Part shown: one piece after another, positions 39,295 to 53,400 of the stretch
Layout of the letters: every line of letters begins with the position of its first letter
How positions within the stretch are numbered: the stretch's first letter is position 1
Origin: Klebsormidium nitens
Taxonomy: Eukaryota > Plantae > Klebsormidiophyceae
Reading direction: 5' to 3'
Assembly (NCBI GenBank): GCA_000708835.1
Contig: DF237111.1
Span: 62,001-126,000, forward strand
DNA length: 64,000 nucleotides
The notes under the pieces: model-generated
Told to the model about the DNA's origin: nothing
Databases searched by the model: none
Seen by the model: only the letters and a program-made list of their open reading frames with translations
Made by a program: the position numbers and the translations under genes

Positions 39295-41544
39295 ACGGTT
39301 TGAGAGTCTGACTGGTGATATGCTCGCGCAGAACAAATATTTTGGAAGGTTTTGAGGTGAAGTTGGTAGGTGGAATTCAATATTGGTGGGTTTGAAGAGG
39401 TCGAGATGTGAAGACGGACGGTGGACGTGAAAGGCGATCAGAGGAGATCAGAGGAGATTGTTCTGAGTCAAATTCTGTATAGAAGCGCCGCAAAATATAA
39501 TGGTTAGTCAGCAAGTAATGGCATGCATTGTTGTGGAGGAGGTTAGCTAGATAAATGACTTTCAAAAATGGACGGTAGAACGTTATGACCTGTCAAATTA
39601 TGATTCCAAAGTTTGATTAGTATCTGGGATATTTGTCCGATGTAATCATGGAGAGCAGTAATCCACTTGTGCTCTCGATTTGAGTTTCATGCACTTATGT
39701 TCATGTATCTTTTCCGGCCCACCTCAAGCTAACTAGCATGAAACTTGATTGATTGTTTTGCGGACCTTGGCGTGCGGAAGGAGATTATCCTGAGACACAA
39801 TTCCAAAGAGAAATGAACGTACATCTGGTGGAAACTGTAGGCAGCTAGCTTTTCTTGCGTAACAGACCGTAAATTCATCATGCTTTGTACGAGGGCATAC
39901 ATACTGCTTAATCCATATACGCTATATACTCGGTTAAGAAATTGATAACTTGATCATGTGTGGTTGCATGCCCTGGCACATGTGCATGCAGGGGCCGGCC
40001 ATCCGCCAAACTTCAGAAAGTACAGTATGTACGCGCACGATGCGGCACCAATGTTCTGTACTAGCAGCAGAACCCTTCAATGATAGTTCATAGGTTAGTA
40101 CCAATTGGAGTCGTTTCTGGCGACAGCTGAGAAGCATTTGGAATAATTTTCCTGACGTACATACATCAAATCATGCGGCATTACCATATGTCATGCATCG
40201 AATGTAATCTAAGGAGAACCGTCGCATCGATCAACAATGCCAAGTACATAGCTCGGCCAATAACAACGCCCGAGGATCCACTAGCTATGTGTCCGCAGGA
40301 GCTTGGAAACGACACGCTGCCACGTCAATAATAGGCCGCCGAACACAGAGGGTGGTGCTGTAAACCGAGTTCGACCAGCGCAAAATCCAAGATGCGCGCA
40401 TGCAGAGAAAATAGTATCGTACCAGCAGCCAACTTCAAAATGCGACTGTTGTACCTGACCGAGTTGTCCGCCTTGGAGCTTTTCTTGAGAAATAACAGAA
40501 CGGCAGAACCCTGCTCAGCCTGTCACGTCGGAGTAGTCACTTCGGCCGCTTTTCTTGAACCCGAAGTCCAGAAATCAGAGGCGTCTCGCCCTCTGCATCG
40601 TCAACCATCAATTGTTCAGCTTCGATGATGAATTTCTGAACAGCATTTTCTAGAAGTGTTTTGCAGACGTATGGTTTTGGTGGGTGAGTATCACAGGTTG
40701 ACGTACATCAAAGAGCAGTCTTCATCGACAACTGCACCACGAGTAGCACTCAGCAACTCCAAATCTCCCGCAAAAAGCACTCCGTTTATCCATACCCTAC
40801 CGCAAATTGCACTCCGTACATCCAACTCGGAAAGAGTAGTAGGCACAAATCAGGCGCAGCGCTGGAGCCCGAGCTATTTTGTCCGCGTGGCCCGCGTGGA
40901 CGCAGGCGACGATGGGGACGCCTTTGAAGCTTGGCAGCTTTCACCAAAGGGGCAAAGCCAGATTACAGCAGCACACACACCAGCAGACTCGCTCTCCTCA
41001 ATGAATGAGTGTTGAACCGACGGAATATGAAATCCTGACTCGCTTCTCCCTCTTGGTACTTTTACCGCCTCCAAGTCTACTTTCAACAGACGAAACGAGA
41101 AGCGGCGTCGCAATCACAAGGCCGTCAATGAGCTGAACGTGCATCACCCGGCCAGAGATGACTGCACGGCTTCAAGGCCCGTCCAAGAAGACAGGAACTT
41201 CCACTTGAAGCCAATCTCAGATTACATCAAAATCCGACAAGACCGCGGCTTGGGCAAGTTCCCAACTCACCGGACAGCAAAATGGCCACCGTCCAACCGA
41301 CGGACCGTCCGATATCCGCCGAAGGGACCGATCGTCGGGTACCCTTCATCGCTGCACGTGCCAATCCCGGACACGTGTCCAGCCGCGAGCGTTCGGATGT
41401 CCGCCGCTCAGCAGCACTCCATCGTCCGATTCCGGCACCGCGATTACTGGGCATCAAAAACCTTGGCTAGGAAGGAGTCTCAGGTTTCGGAATAAACCCA
41501 AGTGATAGGACGACCGCCTATAAGACGCTTGACTCATTGACCCG

Positions 41545-44500
41545 TCATTTCCTCTCGTCCCGCAACTCGATCGCCGGACACATTGTCAACCACTCCCGGA
41601 CGCTCTCGCTAGAAGCGACCAGCAGCCCCTCGTTTGCCGGGCTCGTTTCGAACGGCGCACCCATTTTTTCCAACACCCCCCCGACCGCCGCCTGCACGGC
41701 CGACACCCCCGCGGGGCGCCCCCCCACGAGCGAGTGCTTCCCCCACCCCGTGACAATCTCGACCACCGCAGGGGGATCCCCCGCAGCCTCGTCGAAGTCA
41801 GCACCAAGTATTGCATCGCCTCTGACGTCAGCCTGACGCTCCCGCAGCCAGCTCAGCAGGAGCGCGCACGCGCCGCCCTCGGAGAGCCGGTGCAGGTCGA
41901 GCCGCCGGGATCGCGCCACGTGGACGGGATCCGACGGTCGGATGGGGCCCCCATGCGGCGCCCGGTTGAGCTCCAGGGTGAGGACGGTACGTACCAGGGT
42001 CGCGGCCCGGGCCCTTAGTCCTCGGAAGCACAGCGCGTCGGCGGTGCGCCCCAGGAGAACCAACAGGAGGCTTGAGTCGTCGGGCTCGACTGCTTGCACA
42101 AGCCGGACGAAGCGGTCGGTAGCCTGCACCGCCCACTCTTCGTCCGGGTCCAAGCTTCCCCTCACTATGTCATTTTTTGCCCGGTTGGCATCCTCAAGCA
42201 CACGCCAGGGCGACCGCGGCTCCGCTGAGAGGAGTTCAGAGGCGGCTTGGAAGAGCTGGCCGTCGATGCGGCCGAGAAGTGAAACGAGCGGTTGGATTTG
42301 CTGCCACGTGTCGGCCTGGCTAATGAGGATGAGCAGGCTGACGAGCGCGGCAGTCGGGAGAGAGCCGGACGTCCGGTGCAGGTCTCGAAGAGTTTTGGAC
42401 AGGCTCTCAAGATCCGGATCCTGCAAGAATAGAAGTGCTGTCTGAGGAGTGCGAATACGAACTTCGGCTAGTCCTTTGGTCGCGCTTAGAAGTGGCACGA
42501 AAGAGATGTCAGAATGGACGTTTGGAGGAAGATAACGAGAACGAGCGAAACGGATACGGCAGAGGCACACATGGTAATGGCCCCCGGTACTTCGGACAGA
42601 TGCTCGGCACTCCAGCATCTGCGGATCGAAACGGACTGTAACTCAGAGACGAGATCGAAAGACCGGGTCTGATGTCCGGCATGCCGATGTCAGCATCGTA
42701 ATGACTCTCAGTATAAACAACCAGGAAGCCTCGAGCTGCTTTACATCGTGGCCAGCGGATCGAAGAGGGCAATTAAGATCAGCAAGCGAAGGTGGACTGA
42801 CTCTCCCAGTGAATACAGGACATCCAGAAGCGTTTAGCAAAGCAGAAAGTGGAATGCACTCGCTCGAAGGGTCAGCCGACGGAGCGAGGATTGGACTTTT
42901 GTCACAGTCACACTCGGCCCGATGCTAAATTCACGCTCCGGGGTTGGCTTACACCGAACGAGACTTCCGTACCTCGAGCTGCTTACCTGATCCGGAACGT
43001 TCACGTGCGCCCTGATGACGTGATGCCACATCCGGCCCGGCACTTCTCCGCCCCCTTCCCGAATCGTCTTCAGAAGCACCAGAAGTTCTCCCACGCGCCC
43101 CCCCCTGGCGAGCGCCCGTGCCACGTGGTCGTTTGCCGCGACACCAGGTGTCAGCCCCTCGTTCAGCATCGCCGCGAGGGCGTCCGCCATTTTGCCGTAG
43201 TCGAGCTCGGCGGCATATGCCGCGATCAGGAGCTGGTGCATCCGTCGCGTCAGCACCAACCCCTCGTTACGCATTTGGGCGATAACGGTCTCGCAAGCTT
43301 CAACCATTGCCGCCGGTGCAAAGTTCTCGAGCGCCTCCCGGTGGACCAAAATGCGTTCCCCGGGGACCGAACGCGCCTCGAGGAAAGCGGCGTAGATTCT
43401 CTGGGCAGTGTTGGCACGCCCCTCCTGCTTGCAGACCTGCAGCAAAACGCTGTACGTCGTGCAGTCTGACTCGGCCCCCGCGGCCCGCATCTTCTTCACA
43501 ACGGGTTTCATTTGGGCGAAGGTTCCCTCCCCCTTCCGTAACCCGCTCAGGAGGGCGTTCCAGGTTATTGTCGTTCTCTCTAACCCCTGGGTTAGCATCT
43601 CGGTTAGGGTGGCCTCCGCCCGGGGAATGTCTCTGACCACTCCGCAAGCAAACACGAGGCTCGTGTAGTGCTTCGCATCAGGCATAATCCCAAACGCCCG
43701 CATCTCGTCAAATAGCTTATGGGCCACGGCCAGGTTCTTCTCTTGCGCGCACGCCCGCAGAAGGGGGTGATAGACCGTTTTGGGGGGGCGGATCCGGGCC
43801 TCAGCAAACCCCCAATAAACCTCCAAAAGCTGCCCGAGCGACGCTCCCCCTCGGACGCACGCCTGAAACAGGGTTAAATAACTGCCGCCGTCCGGTTTCA
43901 CCCCGTGGTCCGGAAATCGTCCGAACAGCTCCAGGGCCCTTGCCACGTGTTCCCCCCCAGCGTAGACTTCGACGAGAGCGGTTAGTGTAACCAGGTTGTG
44001 CCGGACCCTGGACGCGAGCATGCTTTGGACTAAACCGTCCGCAATCTCGATCGCCGTTCTGGTTCCGCCTTCCCCGCTTCGAAATGGCGCCCCATCTCTT
44101 CCATCTGAACGGTCGGCTGCATGCTTCGGAATCCGGCCGCCCTGCCCGCGTGCCAACTTCAAATCCGCTTCCTTCGTTGGACCCGACTCTGTTTGAAAGT
44201 CAGGAAGACCCACAAACGGATCGAACCCCGGGTTACCACCTTCATCAGGGCCTAAAGTTTCTTCCACGTCGAAACCGAGGTTTTTCTTTAACGCCAACCC
44301 GCTTTCAAACTCCGGGTCAGCAACCAGGTTCGGATTCAAACCTGGGTCAGAATCTAGGTTAGCTCCAGGGTCAGACGCCAAACCCGGGTCCCAGCGGGCG
44401 CACCCCTGGAGCAGGTACGTGTACGTCCATTGCCCCGGTTTGCACCCAGATGACGTCATCTGGGCGAAGACCTCCAGAGCGGTTGGAAGATCTCCTTGCT

Positions 44501-46618
44501 GACAGTGCGCGGAAATGACGCCATTGAAGAGTTGCTCCGGGGGGGTGATGCCGTGCCGAAGTGCTTGGTCGTAGAGGGCGATCAGAGGGGCTGCTTGGCC
44601 TGCGGCTTGAAGCGTCATTGCCTAGGGGGGAGAAAGCTGGGAAATCGTTAGGTTAGGAATTTAAGAGCATATGCCAAGGCAGGCCGGATTTCTTGAGGAG
44701 TCACCTTCACAGTTGGATGCTTGAAGGCTGTCACCATCGGAATTCGAAAAGTCAGGAAAGTGTCAACCACGTAGCTAGATCTTGTACCTAACAATCAAAG
44801 AGAACTTATTGAAAGTTTGTGAAGTCAGGGGCTTCAGGTAACTGCAACCTGCAGATACAGCATGGGCTTGAAAGCTTTGAACAAAAGGACTGGACCAGCG
44901 CAATCCGGAAAGACAGCACTTGCATGGACTCGAAATGAGAAGTCGGAGTGAACTTGCATCCGATCTGACTCTCGGAATTGTGTCTCTTGGAGTATAGATT
45001 AAAGAGGAAGTTGGGCGTACTTCGTTCTCCTGCTGTCCGGAAATTGACGTTCATTCGAATCGAGAAAATGGAAGATCGAGAAGAATCATAGGTGCTCGGC
45101 AGCGAAATCGAACCGAGCCGAGCCAGATCAATCAGCTCCGATCCCTTGACTACTCTTGCACTGGACTAAGAAACAGCGTTCCTAAGCTTCATCATAATGA
45201 GCAGAGCTGATCACCATCAACCAGAGCAGAATCCCAGTCGATCACACAAGGTAATAACTCCATTGACAGAAACCGATCAAGCGCATCGATGGCCAGATTT
45301 TGAAGCTTTCCAAGAATGATGAATCAAAACATAAGCACACCATAAACATCCGAAGAAAGTCGATGCCAATAAATGGGAAACGTCTCCAACTATCCAAGAC
45401 CACATGCCCAACCAGCCATATGATAAAAAGCCATGGTATTCCGCTGCAAATCATGTAGGAGCGAAATTGTTTAGAGTGCGGTTCACACAGCAGACCACTG
45501 ACCATCTGAGCGTAAGTGAAGGCGTTGGGCTTGATTCTCAGGTTCTCCTGCGCCCAGTAAAAGACGTTCAGCGCAACCGCCCAGTGGCCGCGCTCCCCAA
45601 GATCCTTTAGGACGTCCTGCCACCTGTAAAGGCTGAGCGAGCCCCCTAGAGCTTCTAGCGTCCGTGCCAGGGCGGCTTTCTTCTCCTCACCCGCTGTCTC
45701 GAAACCTGCCCCACTTTCCGAAGATGCGCTGTTCTCGTCTGCCGTTGGAACTGGACCCTTTCCTGACTCCACCTCTTGCAAGTGAAGCCCAGGTGATAAC
45801 CCCCAACAAGAAAGAAGCCCACTTTCTGGAGCCCCGTTCACACCCATCTGCCCGCCTGCAGTTCTCCCCTCCTCCCCACCACAGGCCGTTGAATCCAACC
45901 CTTCTTCCGGTGCATCCGTCTCGACAGCTGTCAGCACGCTGGCTTGTTTATCCAACCCTTGTGACGCCAGAATAGCTTCTACAGCCCTCCTTGCCAGGCG
46001 AGCATCGTCTCTCCATTCCTTCTGATTGTCACCGCCCCCTCCCCTCTGAAACTGCCGCTTGTCAGGACGGCGCCCACGTTCTGAGTGGGGGGCCACGCAG
46101 GCTGGAATTTCTTCCCCCCTCTCGCGGTCAAGTTCAAGGAGCTGCTGCCTTGCACTCACTCTCCTGGCGAGGCGGACTTTCGCTTCCCCTCCGTGCATTC
46201 CTGACAGCTCTAGTGCAAGTCTCTGCTGTGTCGTGTAATTGGAAGAACTGGCCTTCCCATCTTTCGAAACGGCTCGTCTCTTCTGCGCGGTGGCGGGTCT
46301 ACTTTTGGACCCAGAATCCATAGCCCAGGGAAGGGCAGAGTCACCGTTCATCGATTGTTTTTGCGCTCCATTCAGAGCCTCCTCTTCTGACCTTGATTCT
46401 GGACCAGAAGTCTTCAGGGCGACTGCTGCTTGCACCTCTCTAACTCCACTTCTGCCAACCTTAGTGGCAGCTTGCTCATAAGCCCGAGCACCAGAAAGCG
46501 TCATTGGGTTCGGAACTGCCACCGATGCTGGGGGTGGTTGAGGCGCGCGACACATGCCAAGTGCCATTCCTTCCGCCCTGCTGGCCGCAATGGCACGATT
46601 TCTTGCGAGCGCCTTCAT
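41545..46618 (-). CDS. P-class pentatricopeptide repeat protein with C-terminal SMR domain (PPR-SMR)
   Basis: Exons 46618-45503, 44621-42987, 42420-41545, all phase 0. PPR motifs include PDAKHYTSLVFACG, RTTITWNALLSGL and PKTVYHPLLRAC. SMR domain LDLHRLSEGGACALLLSWL..VEIVTGWGKHS. The Arg/Ala/Ser-rich N-terminus may be a transit peptide. Confidence 0.92.
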
Positions 46619-47472
46619 TGTCTACCCCAACGATCATCGGTGTTTCTAGGCTTTGATGAGCACATGAGGTCTTAACAAGAGCTACCGCCAGCTCTTCTGG
46701 GTCTGAAATGCAAAATTCTTTCAAAAGCAAAGGTGGCGATCCAGTAGCGCGAAACAACTACTATTTTGGTCAGTGCCCCGAACAGCTGTCAGGGCGTTGC
46801 ATATGCAGTCCGAGGCGAAACAGGGATCTCAAGACTTTCTCCAGAGCTATATCGCAGCATCACTACCACCAGTTGGCTATCAAGGTGTAAAGCGGCGCCA
46901 CAATTTGCCACCATCCGGAAATGAAGTGACGCCCCCTGATCCCCCCACAAGCAAAAGGACGCTTTGTAACTAGGCTGGCATGAAAGCTGGCAAGAAGGGC
47001 CGGCGGAAGTGAAATGTGATTCTTATGACAGCGTTACCGAACGGTAACGGAGCAGTTTCCTTGCTCGCAAGGGGTCTCCAGCTTCGAATGCAAGTTCAAC
47101 TTCGTGGATGACCAGAAATTTGGACCGACTCAAAATTGTCTGGCAGGCTCGCCTTGGTGTTCATTTCTCAAGCGCTCTGCCATTGTGGTGGTACGGTGTT
47201 GTACACAAGGATACTAGAAATCTGTAACTGATTGGGTTTGCCATTGAGTGAGTCCAGAGGAGCAAGTCAGAGCATCTTCTTGTGTCCACCTGCCCGCATC
47301 CTTTGTCAACAGCATTGATTGCCTCTTAATCAATAAAGTTTTCATCGAGCTCTGCGAAAGAAACCCTGCCATACTTGGTCAGGAGTCTTTTTTTCACTGT
47401 TGCACGAGGGACCCGCTCACCGTTAGATCCGCATAAGCCATTGTCCCGGTTATTAAAGGCACCCTCGTAGCA

Positions 47473-50400
47473 ATGGACACAGAAAAGAAAAAGAAAAAGA
47501 AGGCGGCGGCCGCGGCGCAGGAGGCCGCCGGCGCATCGACCAAGCTGCCACAGCATTTGCAGGACCAGAAGACGAGGGTCTTCTGCGCAAGCGATGCGCC
47601 AACTTATGTGAGTTAGTCGATATTATATCGTTCGGTTCAATGTTGGGGAAATCGCTGGATTTATTGAACATTATCAGGCCAATTGTAGCCAGAAGTATCT
47701 AAAAAGAGATGCTCGATCAGTTGAGCTTGGTGGTTGTAGCAGTGGTTACATACCACTCATTCATCGCAGGACATAACATTGAACGTTTCCTTTTCCGAGA
47801 GAGTGGGCGAGTGGGCCGCTTTGAAGTGCTGGGTGGATGATCCTGTGGCCCATTAATCAAGTCCTAAGCGCCGAAAGCATTGGTGCATTCTTATCGGGTT
47901 AACCGTTAAGAATAGCCCATTTCGTGGGCAATCAGAAGAATGTGAAGGTGTTGAATACGTAAGCGTCACTGTGCCCCTGTTGTTGGCACTCTTCTGACTG
48001 CCAGAAAGTTCCACCTTTTTTTTTTTTCGGAGATGACGCATTCTATGGGGAGGTGGCGCCGCTGATTCATTTATGCACAATTTTTTTGAAGAGAGCTCTT
48101 TGGAAGGTATTGTTTGTAGTGGCCAACTCATGTGATGTATTGTGAGTTCCTCATATTTGCAGAGATGCAATGCTGTCATCTATCTTTGTCTACTTCAAAA
48201 GCAAAGCTTTCTGTTTCAAGCATCTGTGTCTGCCCTTACTACAGAGAGATTACTTGCGTTCCAAGCGCCTGCTCCTGGACTGTTCTGTTTGCTTGTCTGT
48301 CGTCTGTCCACAGAGATCCTCTTCTTCAATCTCTCTGCCTGCTTTCCACCAGATGGGTTCTAAGAGTTCCATCCATAGCAACCCAGCAACCGAGTTTTCA
48401 ACGACTGTTTAGGACCGAGGGGAGATGTTCCATTTTACATCAGTCGGATGCACAAATCCGCTTGCTGAAAACGATTGTTGGCCTCACGGCCTGCAGGGAT
48501 TCTTGGTCTGACATTCTTTGGAAGAAGAGAACTGTGTCATGCTGAATCTCTCTCGGATCATCTGACAGTGGTTGAATCGTACTAGAGATTTGGCCAACGA
48601 TATCTCTAACAGTCCCTGATCATTCCACTGCTCTTGTGCAGCAAAATGTGTCGTACTCTGGGGCGTACATGGCCTCGCGCATCGACGACAGTCTGAACAT
48701 GGCGGACTTTGTGAAGAACTTGAAAGTGGAGATCAAGAGCCTGACGGAGGAGGAAATGGTCTTTGATATTATTGGCATCGACCCTGCGATCGCAAACGCA
48801 TTCCGGCGGATTCTTATCGCCGAGGTAAGGCTGGTTTTTGTACTTGGTTAGCGGTGACTTAGCGGGTTAACGGGTGCAAAGGGGTTTTTGCTTATGCAAC
48901 TTGGAAAGCAACAAAAACGTTACTTACAAAAAGAGGCAGAGATCTGGAGGGAGTTCATTGGCTTTGTGCAATAAACTGTCATGTGGGAGAAGGCTTTGAT
49001 TCCAGGAATCCATGTTGGTCGATTGCTGCGTTTGATGGGGGACTGCAGATTTGACGGAATACCAAAGCCGGCGCAGGAGACATGTGTCCTTTCAAATTCC
49101 ACATAGCAGAGACTTTCCTTGTTCCATCAATGACTGTGGAAGAACCGTCCGCTCGAAATCGTTTGAACCACCTATCATTCATCGAGTCAGCTGGCAGAGC
49201 CCTTCAATTATTTCGCTTTGTTCGCTTGTCAGTCTCGTATCCCTCCGTTTCGCTGCGATGAAACGTTGGTCGCGAGGATTTGACGCAGGCTTGATCCTGA
49301 CGTCTTTCGATCCTGGCAGGTGCCGATGGTGGCGATTGAGAAGGTGTTTGAGTGGATCCGTCGACTGTCTTATGATTGGTAGAAATCAGAAATCAACTCG
49401 ATCCCCCTACCTCGCACTGCTTCAACACTGGTAACAAGCCCTTGACCGAGGTCTAGACATTGACATCGTTCACGCTCGCAGGTGCCGATTATGGCGATTG
49501 AGATGGTGTTTTGTTGTCTTACTCATCGCAGATACTGATGCTTGGAGATATCAAGCCTTGGATGATCTGATTTTCAGGGACGGTCGATTACGTTCGAGCA
49601 TCTACCAACTCGACCCCGTGCTCCGCACTGGTCAAGATCGGGTTACGAGCGCTTGACCAAGGCATAACCATCCACGTTTTAGGCACGCACAGGAGCTGAC
49701 GGTAGCGGTTGAGGACTTCTTCGGTGGATCAGTATCCTCTTGTTTTCTGTATAAAAAATTTCGAACGGATTCGAACCTCCACCTCTGCAGTAGCACAGCT
49801 GGTCAAGACTGGTTACGACAACCTGTCTGATGCTTCACCATTGACGAGGTCGTCTCCGCAGTTCCCGACGATGGCGATCGAGAAGGCGTTCGAGGGGGTT
49901 GCTTATCCCAACCTCCGATTGGTCGCGATTGCTTTTCTTCGGAGTCCCACCAAGTCAAAAAAGTGCTGGTTCTAAAACTCTTTATGAGCGCTTGACCCAC
50001 GCCTAACCACCGTCATCATTCATCCCCGCAGGTGCCGACGATGGCGATTGAGAAGGTGTTCGTAGTGGACAACACGAGCGTGGTCCAGGACGAAGTGCTC
50101 GCGCACCGGCTCGGCCTCGTGCCGCTTAAAGTCGACCCCCGCAACTTCGAGTACCGCACAGGTGGGCGCGAGGAGTTTAATTGTGGTGACGTTCTCAAAA
50201 CTGTTTATTGCGTTGACGTTTTCACGGTGACGTTTTTGTGGTGACGTATCCAAGATCTGTGGTTGTGGTGACGTTCTCAAGATTCCTTATTGTGGGTGGT
50301 TCTCAAGATCCGTTACTGGGGTGTCGAGTCTAAGTAATCAGTGAAGTGCTTAGTGTTTTCCGCTAGGGCGACCTGTGCCTTGACCCGGCGATATTGAGAG

Positions 50401-53400
50401 GTTTCACTAGACCCACTAAGTCGATGGTACTGCTTTCAAAATGGTCCCTTGCCCAGTTGCTGACACGCAGAGGAGTAGACCTGTGCACGAAAACGCCACG
50501 GAAGACGCACGTGTCGTATTAATGCAGATTTGCCCTCTCAAGTTCGAACACGTGATTGTCCGGGTCTGCTAAAGCGCTACGAAGTGAGGTTATGAGCTTA
50601 TGACCCACTGTATCTTGCAGACGTTTCTCGTTGGCCAAACATCTTTTTGGTGTTAGTGTTGCCCAATCGGCAAATATCCTAAGTTTGTCAAAGTACTGTA
50701 AATGTTCAGAACCTGCTCAGCTGGAGGGTTATAAGAAGCGGCTTGTTCGCATCTGCAGAGGCCGACAACGCGACGGAGAAGAACACGATTGTGTTCCGGC
50801 TGAAGAAGCGGTGCTGGGAGGAGGGGCCGAAAGGAGCGGAGACGAGAGTCAACGAGAAAGGTAAGCCAATCGCGAAGTCGGTTTCCAGCCTCCGTTTTCT
50901 TGAGCGTCTCCCGCGAAATCTTGTCATAGGCGAACGTTATTTTGGGGATAAGGTACGCGCGCAAAGTAGCCATGTCAGCATTTGCATGACGGCTTATATG
51001 GAAACCGGAGCAGTCACGTCGTGTCACTGCGCGTCGCGACTCTCACTGTGGAGATTTTATTCCAGCGTTGCGTTAGTCCTCGTCAAGAGGAGTTCTTAGA
51101 ATGAACTTTGTACTTTCGAGCAAGACTCTTCTGCTCGTTTGTCTCTGGGAAACACAGTTCCGCTAAGGGTTTGACTGCCTCAATTTCGCTCTGTCCCGTC
51201 GAAGCTTCTTCTAATTGCGCTCAATCATTCGCACCAAAGCATCGCTTCATCTCCTGCTTTTACTGACCCCCCCACAAACCACTGCAAAATTGTATCATAC
51301 CATTCATCTCTGCCCACTCCCCACAATCTCCTCCAGTCCTCTTTCAGATTTGCTCACCTTCCTCCCCCCCCTTTTCCCGCAGTCTACTCGAGCGACCTGG
51401 ACTGGCTCCTCCTTACCAGCGAGCGTCACTGGCTCTTCTGCTAGATCTAATTTCTATTAGGATCCCCCCCCTGGCGCTGATTCTGAATCTATTTTCCCCC
51501 TCTCCTCTCGCAGTGTACTCGAGCGACCTGGAGTGGGGCAGCGAGCTCCCTCGCACTCGCACCTTGTTTCGTTACGCCCGCCCCCCAATCCGAAGTGTGT
51601 TTTCTTACTCAAACCCCAGCCCTCTTCCCGCAGTCTACTCGAGCGACCTGGAGTGGCTCCCCCTGGGCAGCGAGCTGCCCCGCACTTGCATTCTCGGTCA
51701 TCTCTGTATCCCCAATCGAACACTCGCACTTTCGTTTTCCTTTTCAAAGCCTCGCTTACCCTCTCCCCCCCTCCCATCACGCAGTCTACTCGAGCGACCT
51801 GGAGTGGCTCCCCCTGGGCAGCGAGCTCCCCCCCGACGAGGAGACCAAGTTCACAGCATTTAATGCACCGCAAACCGCGCCGGGCGGCCAGCCCATCGCG
51901 CCGACGCATCCGGACATCGTCCTCGCGAAGCTGCGCAAGCGGCACGAAGTCGAACTAGAAGCGCACGCGGTGAAGGGCGTGGGGAAGGAGCACGCGAAAT
52001 GGTCGCCGGTGGCGACGGCAGCTTATCGGCTACTGCCGGAGGTAGGTTGGGCATTCTATATGTTTTGTGGATCTTTTTCGTTCCTCGTTTCTTATTCCAG
52101 GTATCGATGTGAGGCTGCGCAAGCGGCACGAGATCGAATTGGAAGCGCAGGCGGTGAAGGGCGTGGGAAAAGAGCACGCGAAGTGGTCGCCGGTCGCGAC
52201 GGCGGTGTACCGATTACTGCCGGAGGTGGATTGGGCGTTTATATGTTTATCACTTTTTTGTGTTCGTTGTTTTTAATGTGAAGCTGCGCAAGCGGCACGA
52301 GATTGAGCTGGAAGCGCATGCGGTGAAGGGCGAGGGGAAAGAGCACGCAAAGTGGTCGTCGGTCGGGGGGTGCGAGGATTACAAATTTCTGAATCCGATT
52401 CAAGAAGCATGAAGCGTACGGGTCCAAGTCTTGGAGGATCACTTTGTGTCTTCTGAGCTGTCATATTCTGCCTTCATTCGTTGACAAGAAGCACGCGAAT
52501 AGTCTTGGGTCGTGATCCGGTTGTTGTGCAAGGTGGGTTAGAGTCTCAATTGGTACCTTTCTGAGGGTTGAGGGACCTTACCAATTTGGGCTTGCGCCTT
52601 TTGAATGATGAGGTCGGGCGTACTCAGGTTCCCTGACTTTTCCTGTTCTGAATTTGTGGACTCTGTTTCGGCCTTCATTCTGGCAAGTCACGGCTCTCCA
52701 TTCGCAGTTTGACAGCATTCTGATAGTTAATGGGACCAGGGCCAAGGCGGGTTAAGTGTTGCGACTGGACGTCCATGTTTGGAAAGTATTACTCGCGCTC
52801 GTTTCTGCCTCTCCCGGTTGGAAGACTCTGATTGAAGACTTCTTACCTCTTCCAGGTGATACTCAAGGAGGACATCAGGGGCGACGAAGCGGACGAGCTC
52901 GTCAGAAAGTGCCCGGTACACGTGTTCGACATCGAAGATCTGGGGCCAGGTGAGGGGGAGTGCCCTGCAGGAGGAATCGAATATTTTGCTGCCGTCTCTC
53001 AGACGCATGGTTGGGTCTTGCGGTCATGAGGATCGTCGCGCCACCGCCTGGACTGGTGGGATAGTTCTGCAGTCCAGGGTGGCTGCGGTTGCGCTGCGGT
53101 ATAGGTATCGGTTCTGTTTCCTGTGTTAGCTGGGTTTGTACCGCCCGGATCGAACGGTACGTTTTGGGAGAACTATATCGTTGTCTCACCTGTCTTCAGT
53201 CTCGTTATCTTGGAACGGATGAGAGCAGCACTCAGCGGACAAGCAAAGGAAGACTGTGCGGACGTTTGCAAAGGTTACATTTGACACCACAGGAGGAGAT
53301 TTTAGACGGATGCTTTCGAGACGCTCCTGTGAAGCATGTCGGTTGTTGCCTGCGTGAACCTTTCGTCAAGTAGTCCGCTCAATTTGGAAACGCGATTTCT

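Noticed and set aside
39500-41500. Short ORFs between CAD and PPR-SMR
   Set aside because: No motif or consistent splice chain; probably UTR or intergenic sequence.
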